Shown piece by piece: positions 1 through 15,007 of a DNA stretch of 64,000 bases; the stretch's first letter is position 1, and the number at the start of each line of letters is the position of its first letter. The position numbers and the translations under genes are program-made. Origin of the DNA: Eledone cirrhosa (taxonomy: Eukaryota); assembly GCA_964016885.1 (NCBI GenBank), contig OZ024741.1:62682001-62746000 (forward strand). Direction: 5' to 3'. The notes beneath the pieces are model-generated. The model saw only the letters and a list, made by a program, of their open reading frames with translations, was not told the DNA's origin and made no database searches.

Positions 1-391
1 TGGAACAATGCTCAGGTCAGCATCAAACTTTTCTTCGGTTTTATTTGGCTATTGATTTTTAAACCTTCATTTGCATGTCAAGTTTCAAAACTTCTCAGTT
101 ATCTTCGAAGTGCCAAGGCGTTATCACATAACATTGTAGGATCATCAACAAAGGCTAATATAAGAGGTTTTGAAACAGAACTTTGTTAGACTATATATAT
201 ATATGTGTTTGTGTCTATATTGTATCTGTATTTTTTGACCGTTGGTCAGTCAATAGTAACATTGAGGACCGAATAAATTAAATTAACCGATATAAAAGAC
301 ACAGAAGCGAAAACCAACCAAACAGTGAGTGTGTTCTGTTATTAATTCTGGTAATATTATTACACAAATATGACCCTCCCCAAGTATAACA

Positions 392-422
<31 letters not shown>

Positions 423-476
423 TAAAAAAATAATGAATAAAACAATGAAACAGTTCCTTATATTAAACAAAAAAAG

Positions 477-629
477 TTCATTATTTAACGATCGTTTCTA
501 CGACATATATGTGTTAGAATTGGCATGCATATTCAACAGATCTATGTACAAAATTATACAAAATTATACAAACTATCAAATTTAATATACATACCAACAC
601 ATATATATGCCGTCTTCAGAAATAATGAA
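477..629 (-). ncRNA. Type-I hammerhead ribozyme-like motif with extended helix II (element A, left arm)
   Basis: Minus strand: TTCATTATTT-CTGAAGA-CGGCATATA...ATATATGTCG-TA-GAAACGATCGTT-AAATAATGAA. 10-bp helix I, CUGANGA and GAAA core, palindromic helix III. Confidence 0.7.
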
Positions 630-1424
630 ATATATTTATTGATAATAACAACAATTCAAAATTACAGGTCTGTTTGGGAACAGAGTTCAAATTGACCAAT
701 GAAATACACAAAAAATATATCTAGAAAATACAGTTAGGTGTGTGTATATATGTAAGTAACTTCGTTCACAGATATGCATAAAAATATATGTTCACATGCA
801 TACGCATGTCGAAAAAATGTATGTAAATACAAAAATTCAGGGCTAATGTCTCTGTATGTTTATAATCTACAGATAAAATACATACACGTATATAAACATA
901 TATACATTCATATATACACACATAAACATACATTCACACACACACGCGCATATACGCATAAACATACACATAACCACGAACATACACACACACACACACC
1001 CACCCACACACACACACATATATGTGTATATATTATTATCATAAGCATATGGACATTAAGGCGCGCACATAAGCACTGCCACATATATTTAGATCCAGAT
1101 ACAGAAAGTAGATGGGGGGGGGGGTCAGTATTTACGGGTGTCAGACAAACTGCCTATTTAAAAATGTATCTATAAATTTAGAAATAAAAAGAAGAATATT
1201 AAAAAAATATATATATATATAAAAAAACAAGTAAAATATAAAATACACATCGATATATATATATATATATATACATATATACATACACATATATATATAT
1301 ATATACAACTATATATACATATATATATATACACACATATACATAGAGACACATACATATACACATATAAATACATAGACACATATACATACACACATAT
1401 ATATACACATACATAATTCACAAG

Positions 1425-1489
<65 letters not shown>

Positions 1490-1644
1490 TGTACATACAC
1501 ACATACACATACATACCCATATATACATATATATATACACACACATACACACACACATATACACACACACATATACATAGATATATATATATATATATAT
1601 ATACAATATTAAATAAATGGAAACTATATTTATAAAACCATATT

Positions 1645-1710
1645 TATTTCATTATATATATTTCAGGGATATCATATTAACAATATGCTATGCCTTCCTC
1701 AGACAAAATA
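1645..1710 (-). ncRNA. Minimal type-I hammerhead ribozyme (element B, intact-core copy)
   Basis: Minus strand: TATTTTGT-CTGAGGA-AGGCATAGCATATT GTT AATATGATATCCCT-GAAATATATATA-ATGAAATA. Helix I 8 bp with G-U pairs, helix II ~12 bp, palindromic helix III ATATATAT. Confidence 0.7.
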
Positions 1711-1865
1711 CAATATAAACAGTTTTATAGATAAATAGATTCGACATACCGTAACAACATCGACTTGTATTTGAAAAAGTTGAATTGCCAATTCAACTTT
1801 TTCAAATACAAGTCGATGTTGTTACGGTATGTCGAATCTATTTATCTATAAAACTGTTTATATTG

Positions 1866-1931
1866 TATTTTGTCTGAGGAAGGCATAGCATATTGTTAAT
1901 ATGATATCCCTGGAATATATATAATGAAATA
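1866..1931 (+). ncRNA. Hammerhead ribozyme motif, mirror copy with GAAA->GGAA core change (probably inactive)
   Basis: Same motif as 1645-1710 but reads CCCTGGAATAT instead of CCCTGAAATAT. Confidence 0.55.
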
Positions 1932-2058
1932 AATATGGTTTTATAAATATAGTTTCCATTTATGTAATATTGTAAATATACTCCAAATACTTGTCGAGTG
2001 CTTTTATATCAGTTATAAATATTTACTAGTTGTAACCCAACAATTTAAATATAACTTT

Positions 2059-2201
<143 letters not shown>

Positions 2202-2347
2202 TACATACATACACATACATATACACACACACACATACACATACATATACGCATATATACACACACACATCCATGTATGCATATACACATACAACTACAC
2301 GCTCACACAACTCAGACATACATAAATAAAGAGATATACATACACAC

Positions 2348-2410
<63 letters not shown>

Positions 2411-2473
2411 TATATATACACACATAAATATATATACACACACACACACACACATATACATACACATATATAC

Positions 2474-2534
<61 letters not shown>

Positions 2535-2596
2535 CATATATATAAAATAAATAAATAAATAAATAAATAAATAAATACACACAGTCAGACAATTAT

Positions 2597-2649
<53 letters not shown>

Positions 2650-2783
2650 CACACATCAACTACAAATATATATATATATATATACTTACATATACACGCA
2701 CACATACGCATATATATACACACACACACATACACATAGACATATATATATACACACACATACACACATACATACACATATAT

Positions 2784-2847
<64 letters not shown>

Positions 2848-3379
2848 ACCTATAATTATATATAATATATAACCTATAATTTATATTCTACTACCGATGA
2901 AATACTTGATTTGGTTTTTTTCCCTATTACTAAATTCATTTCCTAATATTGATACCATAATGTTAATATTTTTAATTTAGTTATGCTATAATTAATACTC
3001 TACTACTGTTTAACTTCAAAATTCCGCTTCAAAGATTATAAACCTAAGTAGTATACACCTTAGAAATCAATATATTAACTATTTTTAATTTAGTTAACCT
3101 ATAATTAAATAGTCTACTTATATTAAAATGCATAATTTTGCTTTCTTTCTTACATTTCCTAATACTGAAACTACTATGTAAACACATATTATGATCTAGA
3201 TGGTATTTAATATTCTATGTTCCTTGAAACCTATTTTTACTATAATCCCCCCCCCCCTATAATTATTTGTATTTGTAAGCGTGGATGTACGTATGTATAT
3301 GTAGGTAGGTATGTATGTTTGGGTGCTTGTATGTGAGTATAAAAATACATATATGCGCATGTAAATAAGGGTGTATGAT

Positions 3380-3476
<97 letters not shown>

Positions 3477-3578
3477 ATATATGTGTATGTATGTATGTGT
3501 GTATGTGTGTGTATATATATATGTCTATGTGTATGTGTGTGTGTGTATATATATGCGTATGTGTGCGTGTATATGTAA

Positions 3579-3614
<36 letters not shown>

Positions 3615-3725
3615 AGTTGATGTGTGTATGTGTATATATATATATATATATATATTTGTGTGCATAATTGTCTGACTGTGTGTATTTATTTATTTATTTA
3701 TTTATTTATTTATTTTATATATATG

Positions 3726-3844
<119 letters not shown>

Positions 3845-4084
3845 GTATATATGTGTATGTATATGTGTGTGTGTGTGTATATATATTTATGTGTGTATAT
3901 ATATCTATCTATATATATATATATATATATGTATATGTGTGTATGTATATCTCTTTATTTATGTATGTCTGAGTTGTGTGAGCGTGTAGTTGTATGTGTA
4001 TATGCATACACGGATGTGTGTGTGTGTATATATGCGTATATGTATGTGTATGTGTGTGTGTGTATATGTATGTGTATGTATGTA

Positions 4085-4139
<55 letters not shown>

Positions 4140-4219
4140 GTGTGTGTGTATATGTGTGTGTGTATGTGTGTGTATATATATATGTATATATGGGTATGTA
4201 TGTGTATGTGTGTATGTAC

Positions 4220-4269
<50 letters not shown>

Positions 4270-4388
4270 ATTGTGAATTATGTATGTGTGTATATATATG
4301 TGTGTATGTATATGTGTCTATGTATTTATATGTGTATATGTATGTGTCTCTATGTATATGTGTGTATATATATATATGTATATATAGT

Positions 4389-4435
<47 letters not shown>

Positions 4436-5084
4436 ATGTATATATGTATATATATATATATATATATCGATGTGTATTTTATATTTTACTTGTTTTTTTA
4501 TATATATATATATTTTTTTAATATTCTTCTTTTTATTTCTAAATTTATAGATACATTTTTAAATAGGCAGTTTGTCTGACACCCGTAAATACTGACCCGC
4601 CCCCACCTACTTTCTGTATCTGGATCTAAATATATGTGGCAGTGCTTATGTGCGCGCCTTAATGTCCATATGCTTATGATAATAATATATACACATATAT
4701 GTGTGTGTGGGTGGGTGTGTGTGTGTGTGTATGTTCGTGGTTATGTGTATGTTTATGCGTATATGCGCGTGTGTGTGTGAATGTATGTTTATGTGAGTAT
4801 ATATGAATGTATATATGTTTATATACGTGTATGTATTTTATCTGTAGATTATAAACATACAGAGACATTAGCCCTGAATTTTTGTATTTACATACATTTT
4901 TTCGACATGCGTATGCATGTGAACATATATTTTTATGCATATCTGTGAACGAAGTTACTTACATATATACACACACCTAACTGTATTTTCTAGATATATT
5001 TTTTGTGTATTTCATTGGTCAATTTGAACTCTGTTCCCAAACAGACCTGTAATTTTGAATTGTTGTTATTATCAATAAATATAT

Positions 5085-5237
5085 TTCATTATTTCTGAAG
5101 ACGGCATATATATGTGTTGGTATGTATATTAAATTTGATAGTTTGTATAATTTTGTATAATTTTGTACATAGATCTGTTGAATATGCATGCCAATTCTAA
5201 CACATATATGTCCTAGAAACGATCGTTAAATAATGAA
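5085..5237 (+). ncRNA. Type-I hammerhead ribozyme-like motif with extended helix II (element A, right arm)
   Basis: TTCATTATTT-CTGAAGA-CGGCATATATATGTGTTGG...CTAACACATATATGTCC-TA-GAAACGATCGTT-AAATAATGAA. Confidence 0.65.
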
Positions 5238-5434
5238 CTTTTTTTGTTTAATATAAGGAACTGTTTCATTGTTTTATTCATTATTTTTTTAATATTTTAT
5301 CTTGACTCTGTATTCCGTTTATCTTTCACCGAAAGTGATTTTTGAATGCATCTCTTCTTTCCATGATATCCGGATTACATTGAGTTCTTCATACGGATTG
5401 GACACTACCGTAAACTCTTGGTAGATTTATCTAC

Positions 5435-5510
<76 letters not shown>

Positions 5511-5639
5511 TACGTACATGATGTACACTGAGGAATTATATATATTAAATTTCAGACAAGCATACAACCACAGAGTTTTAGTAGTATATATATATAAGCA
5601 CACATACTTGCTCAAACACTCAAACACAAACATACACAC

Positions 5640-5680
<41 letters not shown>

Positions 5681-5929
5681 CACACACACACACACACAAA
5701 TATATATACAGTGCCCCGCAAAAGTTTACAAAACATTAGGAAAAATGCGGTTTTAGGTATTTTTAATAAAGTTAGGGAAATGAAAATTTAACTACTGATA
5801 GAACATATAATGATACAGGCATTTAATGATACAATCATATTTTTTTTTAAATAACAAGGAAATAACTCATGAAGAAAAATCGATATTTTTATAACGCAAA
5901 AGTTTACAACACATTTATTAAATCATCTC

Positions 5930-7054
<1,125 letters not shown>

Positions 7055-7837
7055 ATTGTCAATGTTTACAGGACGGTTGTCAATGTTTACAGGATGGTTG
7101 TCAGACAAATAATGACGTAATGTTTTTAATAGTCCTTAGAAGTTACCTTAAACCTAATCTAGAACATTCTACTGAATTTTAAATCTGAAAATTTAAGAAT
7201 TTTCTTGAAAAAAAGCGATAAATATAAAATGTGTGGTAAACTTTTGCGTTATAAAAATATTGATTTTTCTTCATGAGTTATTTCCTTGTTATTTAAAAAA
7301 AAATATGATTGTATCATTAAATGCCTCATTATATGTTCTATCAGTAGTTAAATTTTCATTACCCTAACTTTATTAAAAATACCTAAAACCGCATTTTTCC
7401 TAATGTGTTGTAAACTTTTGCGAGGCACTGTATATAGATTTCTGAGTGCTCCACCTGTTTAATTAGTTAAATGGGCTACCCGAGAAATTTATGTGTAAGC
7501 GGATGGGCCATCCACAAATGTGTCCCGAACGTTATTCTTTTGCTGTTTCAGCGCAATCTAGGATGTCACATGGCTGGACTTTTGAATTAAAGATAAAATT
7601 CATACGTCAGGATTGGAAACAGTTTCCCTGTACCCAGACTAGTGAAAATGAAACCCGCCCAGGATATCACACAGTGGGGTCAAACCCCGCACTTAATGAC
7701 TTCAAAGTGAACTCCTTCATCATTGAGCCATGCTGCATCCACACACATATATATAAGCATGCACATTCGCACATATTAGAGGTTTATCTCCTCCCCACAT
7801 ATATAGAGCCCCCCCACTCACACACGCACACACACAC

Positions 7838-7916
<79 letters not shown>

Positions 7917-8237
7917 TAACAGATTAAATACTTGCTCTACGGTTCTTATATATTTGATATATATTTATCCTTATCGAGCCCTCTTTGGATTTTAGTCTTA
8001 AAATTTATTATTATTACTATATATATATATATAACCATTCTGTATTTATCGTTGTTGTAGTATATGTATGACCACTCCTTCGGTCGTTTTTCTTGGTGTC
8101 ACCTTTTTTAACTGTTGTGTTTACTCTGTACGGTAATGTATTAACATATCATTTTATTGAGTGCTTTGTGATTGCCTCAAACGACTCGATTAGTACCTGC
8201 TATATAGCAGCTACAACTTCTATTCATACCTAATATA

Positions 8238-8330
<93 letters not shown>

Positions 8331-8526
8331 TAGACCACCTGAGACCCGTTGGGTCACGTTCAATTCAAAATATTTATTAAAAATCATGTTCACTTAAAAA
8401 TAATTTTTAAATAATTAAAATATACAGATATGTATATAATGTGAAATGAAACTGGAAGGCCCATGTATATATGTGTGTGTATGTATATAAGTGTGTGTGT
8501 TTGTATACATATATATATATGTATGC

Positions 8527-8569
<43 letters not shown>

Positions 8570-9181
8570 TGTGTGGGTGTCTGTGATCTATATGCACTGG
8601 TGATAGAGACACACACACACATATATATATATATGCATACAACAATACCACCAGCTCTCTTCCATTCTCCTTGTCTGTCTCCTCTCCCTCCCTCTATGTG
8701 TCTCTTTCAATCTACTCTGTCACAACGACTATCTCTTTCTCTCTCTTTGTTTATGAAGGTACCCAGAAAAACCCCATATCTCGGTAACTCGTGATCTGAT
8801 TTACGCGAAACTTGTTTTATTCCATTTGTATTCCCATTTAAGGGGCAACTTCCTTTCAAAGTATTTCCCCATTATGCGTCTTTTGGGCTGTGTTACATTA
8901 CAAAGAAAATTTAGAGCTGGGAAAATGAATTCAGGTGTCGTCTCCGTCGTCGTCAGCATTATCACAACCATCATAATCATATTCATCATCATCGGCGTTC
9001 TTGTCGTTATGAATAAAATCCCACGCAATATAGTCACTAAACAGACAGCAACAACAGCATCATCATTAGTAGCAGCAGCAACAGCAACATCAACAACGAA
9101 AACGATAACAGAAACACACTAAGCACACACATAGCACTTAAACACGTGCCTGGAGTATCAATAATATTCACATCACACATG

Positions 9182-9257
<76 letters not shown>

Positions 9258-9290
9258 TAACAACAAAGAGCGCTTAGAACATAGATATAT

Positions 9291-9348
9291 CTTTAATTGC
9301 TGACAATGTTTCGTCCACACTAAAAGTGGGACTCTTCAGAGCTTAAAG
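9291..9348 (-). ncRNA. Type-I hammerhead ribozyme (element C, left arm)
   Basis: Reverse complement of 12069-12126, with an identical core. Confidence 0.8.
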
Positions 9349-9454
9349 AGTAGATACAGAGTATAGAAGCATTAACAAATCCAAAACAGAATATAATGTG
9401 GGGATATCATAAGGTGGGAGCAATTTAAAGTATTTTTCATGTAAGAGATAAGGA

Positions 9455-9526
9455 ATAAAAAATAAAAAATAAAAAATAAAAAATAAAAAATAAAAAATAA
9501 AAAATAAAAAATAAAAAATAAAAAAT

Positions 9527-9563
<37 letters not shown>

Positions 9564-9880
9564 AAATAAAAAATAAAAAATAAAAAATAAAAAATAAAAA
9601 ATAAAAAATAAAAAATAAAAAATAAAAAATAAAAAATAAAAAATAAAAAATAAAAAATAAAAAATAAAAAATAAAAAATAAAAAATAAAAAATAAAAAAT
9701 AAAAAATAAAAAATAAAAAATAAAAAATAAAAAATAAAAAATAAAAAATAAATAAAAAATAAAAAATAAAAAATAAAAAATAAAAAATAAATAAATAATA
9801 AAAAATAAAAAATAAAAAATAAAAAATAAAAAATAAAAAATAAAAAATAAAAAATAAAAAATAAAAAATAAAAAATAAAA
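9455..9880. repeat. (TAAAAAA)n 7-bp tandem array, ~60 units
   Basis: T recurs every 7 nt, with a few shorter units. Confidence 0.95.
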
Positions 9881-11388
9881 TCAAGCAAAAGATAGTGAAT
9901 ATGAGGAATATACTAATACTAATAAGGATACGGATCTAAAATGTTGGGTAGGGTTATATTATGACCGGCAATCATGGAAGCAATGATGTGATTGGTTGAC
10001 ACACAGCTACGTATGCATACACTCACATAAAAGTATACGTATAAGCATGAGCACCCGCATGCACCTACACGCAAGCACCCATATGCAATACAGAAAGTAT
10101 ACACTAATACAAATAACATATCAAAAACGGATGGGCACATACTCCATACTGTGAAAAAATATAGCAATAACAGTAGAAACGATGACATATAACATGGAGG
10201 AGTACAATATAAAGGAATATAATAAATTATAAAAATATATAAAAATATGGGAACATAAGGACAAATAACGGAAGGGACATACATGGTAGGAAACTCATAA
10301 GGAGTACACCGTAATGGATGAGAAATAAACAATAAAGGAATAAGAATATAAAAATTATAAAATGCATAGTAAAAAAAATTTTTAAAAGAAGTTAAGAGAT
10401 AAAAATAGATAAAAACTAGATAAAAAATAAAGTAAAATATACACCATAAAGGAAGGTGTGAATAAAGATGAGACTGGCAAAGGTATAAGTTATCAAGCTA
10501 TGTGCAACAAGTGATATATGTAAAATATATAAAATATATAAAAGAAACATATATATAAGGATATATATATACATTTATAAAAATAACTGGGGGTAAATAA
10601 GGTAATAAGGATAATATGGATGATAATGAAGGCATGTAATGATAATAGTAGTATAGGTGCTAGTTTCCTAATATTGAAAATAATGTCAGTAAATTGAGTT
10701 AATAAAATAAAATTAAAATAAAAATAAATTTTTTTGTTAAATACTAATATAAAGTACTCATAATGTTTCAAGAAAATTTAGAAATTATAAGGTGACACTA
10801 ATATTGATTCATGGTGATATAAGGAATATATCAGGAATACAAGAAAATTTTAGGTGTTGCAATTAGCAGCAGTCCAACAATAGAGTGTTCGAATGAGACC
10901 TTTATAAGCAGATACGATGTCCACACTAGATGAGTGGACTATTACAATATAATGGAGACATCCTAGGTTAGACAATCCCAAAAATTCGTACTTCAAAGTT
11001 CAATCCGCAGATGTGCATTCATAAAGTTGAGTACTCAGGCAGAAATCATTGGTTGACAAGATGTATCACAAGCAGGAACATATGCTGGGAAGGTTGCAGG
11101 CAAATTCTTATATAGCAGTGCGAACATCAAAGGGCAAAAAATAGAGGTGCATATCAGTTAATAAAAGCAGGCAAAAGTAGATGGTTCCATACGGTTAGGT
11201 GAAGCAGGTTATTATTATGCATACCACTTAATATAAATACTAAATACAAAATACAAGTGGCAAATTTAACACTCAACAACGTGCATAGCAAATAGCTTTC
11301 AGAGCCGATAACCTCTCAAAATTACAACACTGAGTAATGTCGCTGGCATCACAAGAATAAGAATACAGGTAGGGTTAGCCCAGAGACA

Positions 11389-11457
<69 letters not shown>

Positions 11458-12068
11458 TACATACACACACACACACACACATAACACCGGTCACCGAAAA
11501 TTTTTGCGGATATAGTGCACAAAGTGTCTTACCCAGCTATCAAAAGTCATAAAGCCACAACAGGTGTTTTCACTGGTCACGGATAATATAGTTTCACAGC
11601 AACAGAGGAACAACCAATAGGAGTAATCAACCAGAGCAATCACGATCAAACTTAAAATTAAACCCCATGAGAATATGAGTATTCACACGTGTATTCACCG
11701 GATTCAAGTATAAACAAACCGTTAATAAATACGGAAGGTTATCAGGGCCAAGACGTTATTATTGGGAGAATACACACAGAGCGTCAATCTACGGAAGGCC
11801 AACTGTGTCAAAAACACAACACCAGGCAAAAACACCACAAAATCAGCATGTAAACTGTGAACCGCAGAGTAGGAGGGTAACACATACATGTACTCCTTAA
11901 CTACTGCCCACGACGAGATGGCACAGGTCAGTTTTTATTTTTTATTTTTTATCCTTTATTCCTTATCTCTTACATGAAAAATACTTTAAATTCCTCCCAC
12001 CTTATGATATCCCCACATTATATTCTTCTGTTTTGGATTTGTTAATGCTTCTATACTCTGTATCTACT

Positions 12069-12126
12069 CTTTAAGCTCTGAAGAGTCCCACTTTTAGTGT
12101 GGACGAAACATTGTCAGCAATTAAAG
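12069..12126 (+). ncRNA. Type-I hammerhead ribozyme (element C, right arm)
   Basis: CTTTAAGCT-CTGAAGA-GTCCCAC TTTTA GTGTGGAC-GAAACATTGTC-AGCAATTAAAG. Canonical core, GUC cleavage triplet (after 12115), helix I with an AA bulge. Confidence 0.82.
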
Positions 12127-12244
12127 ATATACCTATGTTCTAAGCGCTCTTTGTTGTTAATTGTATTACGGCTCTGTCTTCAGACATTGAGCTAACCATA
12201 TACTGCCTATCTGATAAGTTGAGTGTTATACACTCTCAATTTTC

Positions 12245-12314
<70 letters not shown>

Positions 12315-12844
12315 CAATACATTGTACATTGTACACCAAACGCACCACCATACACCAGGGTTTCTTTCGAGGAAACTTTGGAATTGCACAAATCTTTGAG
12401 TTGGATGCCAAGACCCAAGGTTTAATATTCTCTAAATGGCTATTTCAAATCTTTTAACCATATAATCATGTCAGCGCATGTAGTATTTAACACATAATGA
12501 ACATTTACAGTGTAAAATTAGATTTAGAACAACACAAGTTAAGGTCAACTGTACGCTAAAATAATCACTGATATATTCACATGAAATACTCTATTCACAT
12601 GAAATACTCTATTCACGCTTAAGCTTGGATCAAACACGCTTATAATTAAAACACGATTCGTATTTCACACGCTCATACACAATGCTAAGTTCGTACACAT
12701 AGCTTGCTGATGTCTATTTCTGATGCCTATATATAAAGAACATACACACAAATCGCAATTTAAATCGCGAACACATTCACATTAAACATATATCAATTCA
12801 CAACCAAAAGCACCTCTGCACACTGAGCACACACAAATTCCGCT

Positions 12845-12914
<70 letters not shown>

Positions 12915-14671
12915 ACACACACACACAGACACACACACACACACACACACACATACACATACAAGCACTCCCAATCACAGCAACAACAAACTCATACAAG
13001 CATACCCGAAAACAGCAAAAGCAGTATACAAACACAAACTCACACACGCTCACACACGTTCCTGCAACACGTTATATGCATTCCTACCTATACATTCACA
13101 CACACGTATATGCGCCTACACACATACACGCAGTCTTCCCTACGTTTCCTACACACAAACATGACAATAAAAGGCATCAGCAATGCGCACATACCAGCAC
13201 AAGAAAATGCCACACAAACTCAGCTTCTTAAAATGAACACACGCTTTCACAGAATGATGTATACACACATATACATACAGTAAATTGCTTCGCTGACACA
13301 ACTTGTATTTATATAATTGACTTCCAAGTTACTTGACATTCAGTAAAGTACTTCAGTAACTCCAACACTACAATTTCCTGAGATTATAACAGAAAAAAAA
13401 TCAGCATGAAAGACCACACAAAGTAAATTGAGAAACACAGATTGTTAAAAGGTTTTTGCTGTGCAGAGGATTTAGAGTGAGACAGTTACAATTACAGACT
13501 GCCAGTTTTTAAAACCAAATTAAGGAGGGGATGATCTTGCTTGAGGAAGGAGTTCCTTGAGGTAGAAAAACTGATGTAGCAGATAAAGTGTTGGTTGTAC
13601 TTCGCGACAATGCTTTCGCAGCTAAAATGTACCACCTAGCCATGGTTGTAGATTTGTTCTTCTCTCCCGTCATTTTTTACTTAATTTCTCTCTTCTTCCC
13701 ACTTCTTTTGGCTTTTCTTATCTCTGCCAGAGTGTAAATATATACAATAGGAATACAGTTTCATTTCATTATTGTAACTGTATTTTGAAATACAGGAATG
13801 TTACCGTTCTTCACTCGAGTAAATGGGGTAGCCTCAAATGTGGTCATTCAAGATGCGTGAAACGGTAGTCAAATCTACCTGAAATTACACACCCAAATGT
13901 CTTAAAATGATAACAACAGATTGGATAGTATTGTCATAGATAAACTATGGGGAAAGATAAAATAGGATAGTTATGGTGAAAAGGCTTTTAATCATAGCTG
14001 AATCAGGTCTGACCTGGGTTTAAACTAAAATAACAAGAATAGCAACAATATTTCTACATTGACATGTCGATAAAGAAACATTACTGATGATGGTGGTATC
14101 GTACCATGGGCTACGGCTCTAATCAACTTGATTAGTAAACTCCTAATCAAATGTATCCCAATTATGACAATCCCAGAAAAGTTAGAACATAGCATATCTA
14201 TAAGTATATTTTCCAATGTATCCTTCCTTTTTTAAAGATGATTTGGTGTGAGGAAAGGGAGGTTTTATCACCATATCTAGTACAAGCGGCCTCATAAAAG
14301 CCCATAGAGAAAATACTAATGAAATATAACCGGGTTATTGTTTCTTATTGTTCATATGTATTGAATAAATGAATAAGCTAATCAACCGATATATGAATAC
14401 ATGTGTATTAAAAAAATATAAATATTCAAGTGTGTGTTTAAACATATTTGTATATAGACCTACATACATACAGACAGACACACATACATACACATACACA
14501 CGCACACATATACATATGAATATGTATATATATATATGTGTGTATATATATATATCTGTGTATGTGAATACTTTCGTTCCAACTATAACCATAAACGAGT
14601 TGAATAATCCGTTTTTAGATGAAACGTGTACTCAAGTATGGTTTGGTAATTGTTGTGGAATTAACTCACTT

Positions 14672-14773
<102 letters not shown>

Positions 14774-14913
14774 CATATATACATACATACGTACGAACAT
14801 ACATGCTTACATACATATATACATACATACGTACATATATATATAAGTAATACATTTATGCATGCATATAGGTTTTTGCGTGTATGAATATGTTACTTGT
14901 GCTTCTATGAACG

Positions 14914-15007
14914 CGAGTGGGTTAATCGGCCAGGTGCACCGAAATGAAATTTCGTTTCATTTTTTCCGTTTATCGTTTTCGGTGGACCCAGCCGATTAAC
15001 TCATTCG
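14914..15007. repeat. Imperfect ~30-bp inverted repeat (hairpin)
   Basis: CGAGTGGGTTAATCGGC...CACCGAAA pairs with TTTCGGTG...GCCGATTAACTCATTCG. Confidence 0.75.

Larger units (their letters stand above)
9251..12250. mobile_element. Fold-back structure C: inverted hammerhead-bearing arms bracketing ~2.4 kb of non-coding DNA, flanked by (TA)n
   Basis: 9251-~9475 is the reverse complement of ~11932-12166; tail 12167-12250 with TTGAGTGTT. The interior may be composite. Confidence 0.65.

Noticed and set aside
225-295. GGTC...GACC-GAA stem resembling a decayed hammerhead
   Set aside because: No CUGANGA core or convincing helix I.
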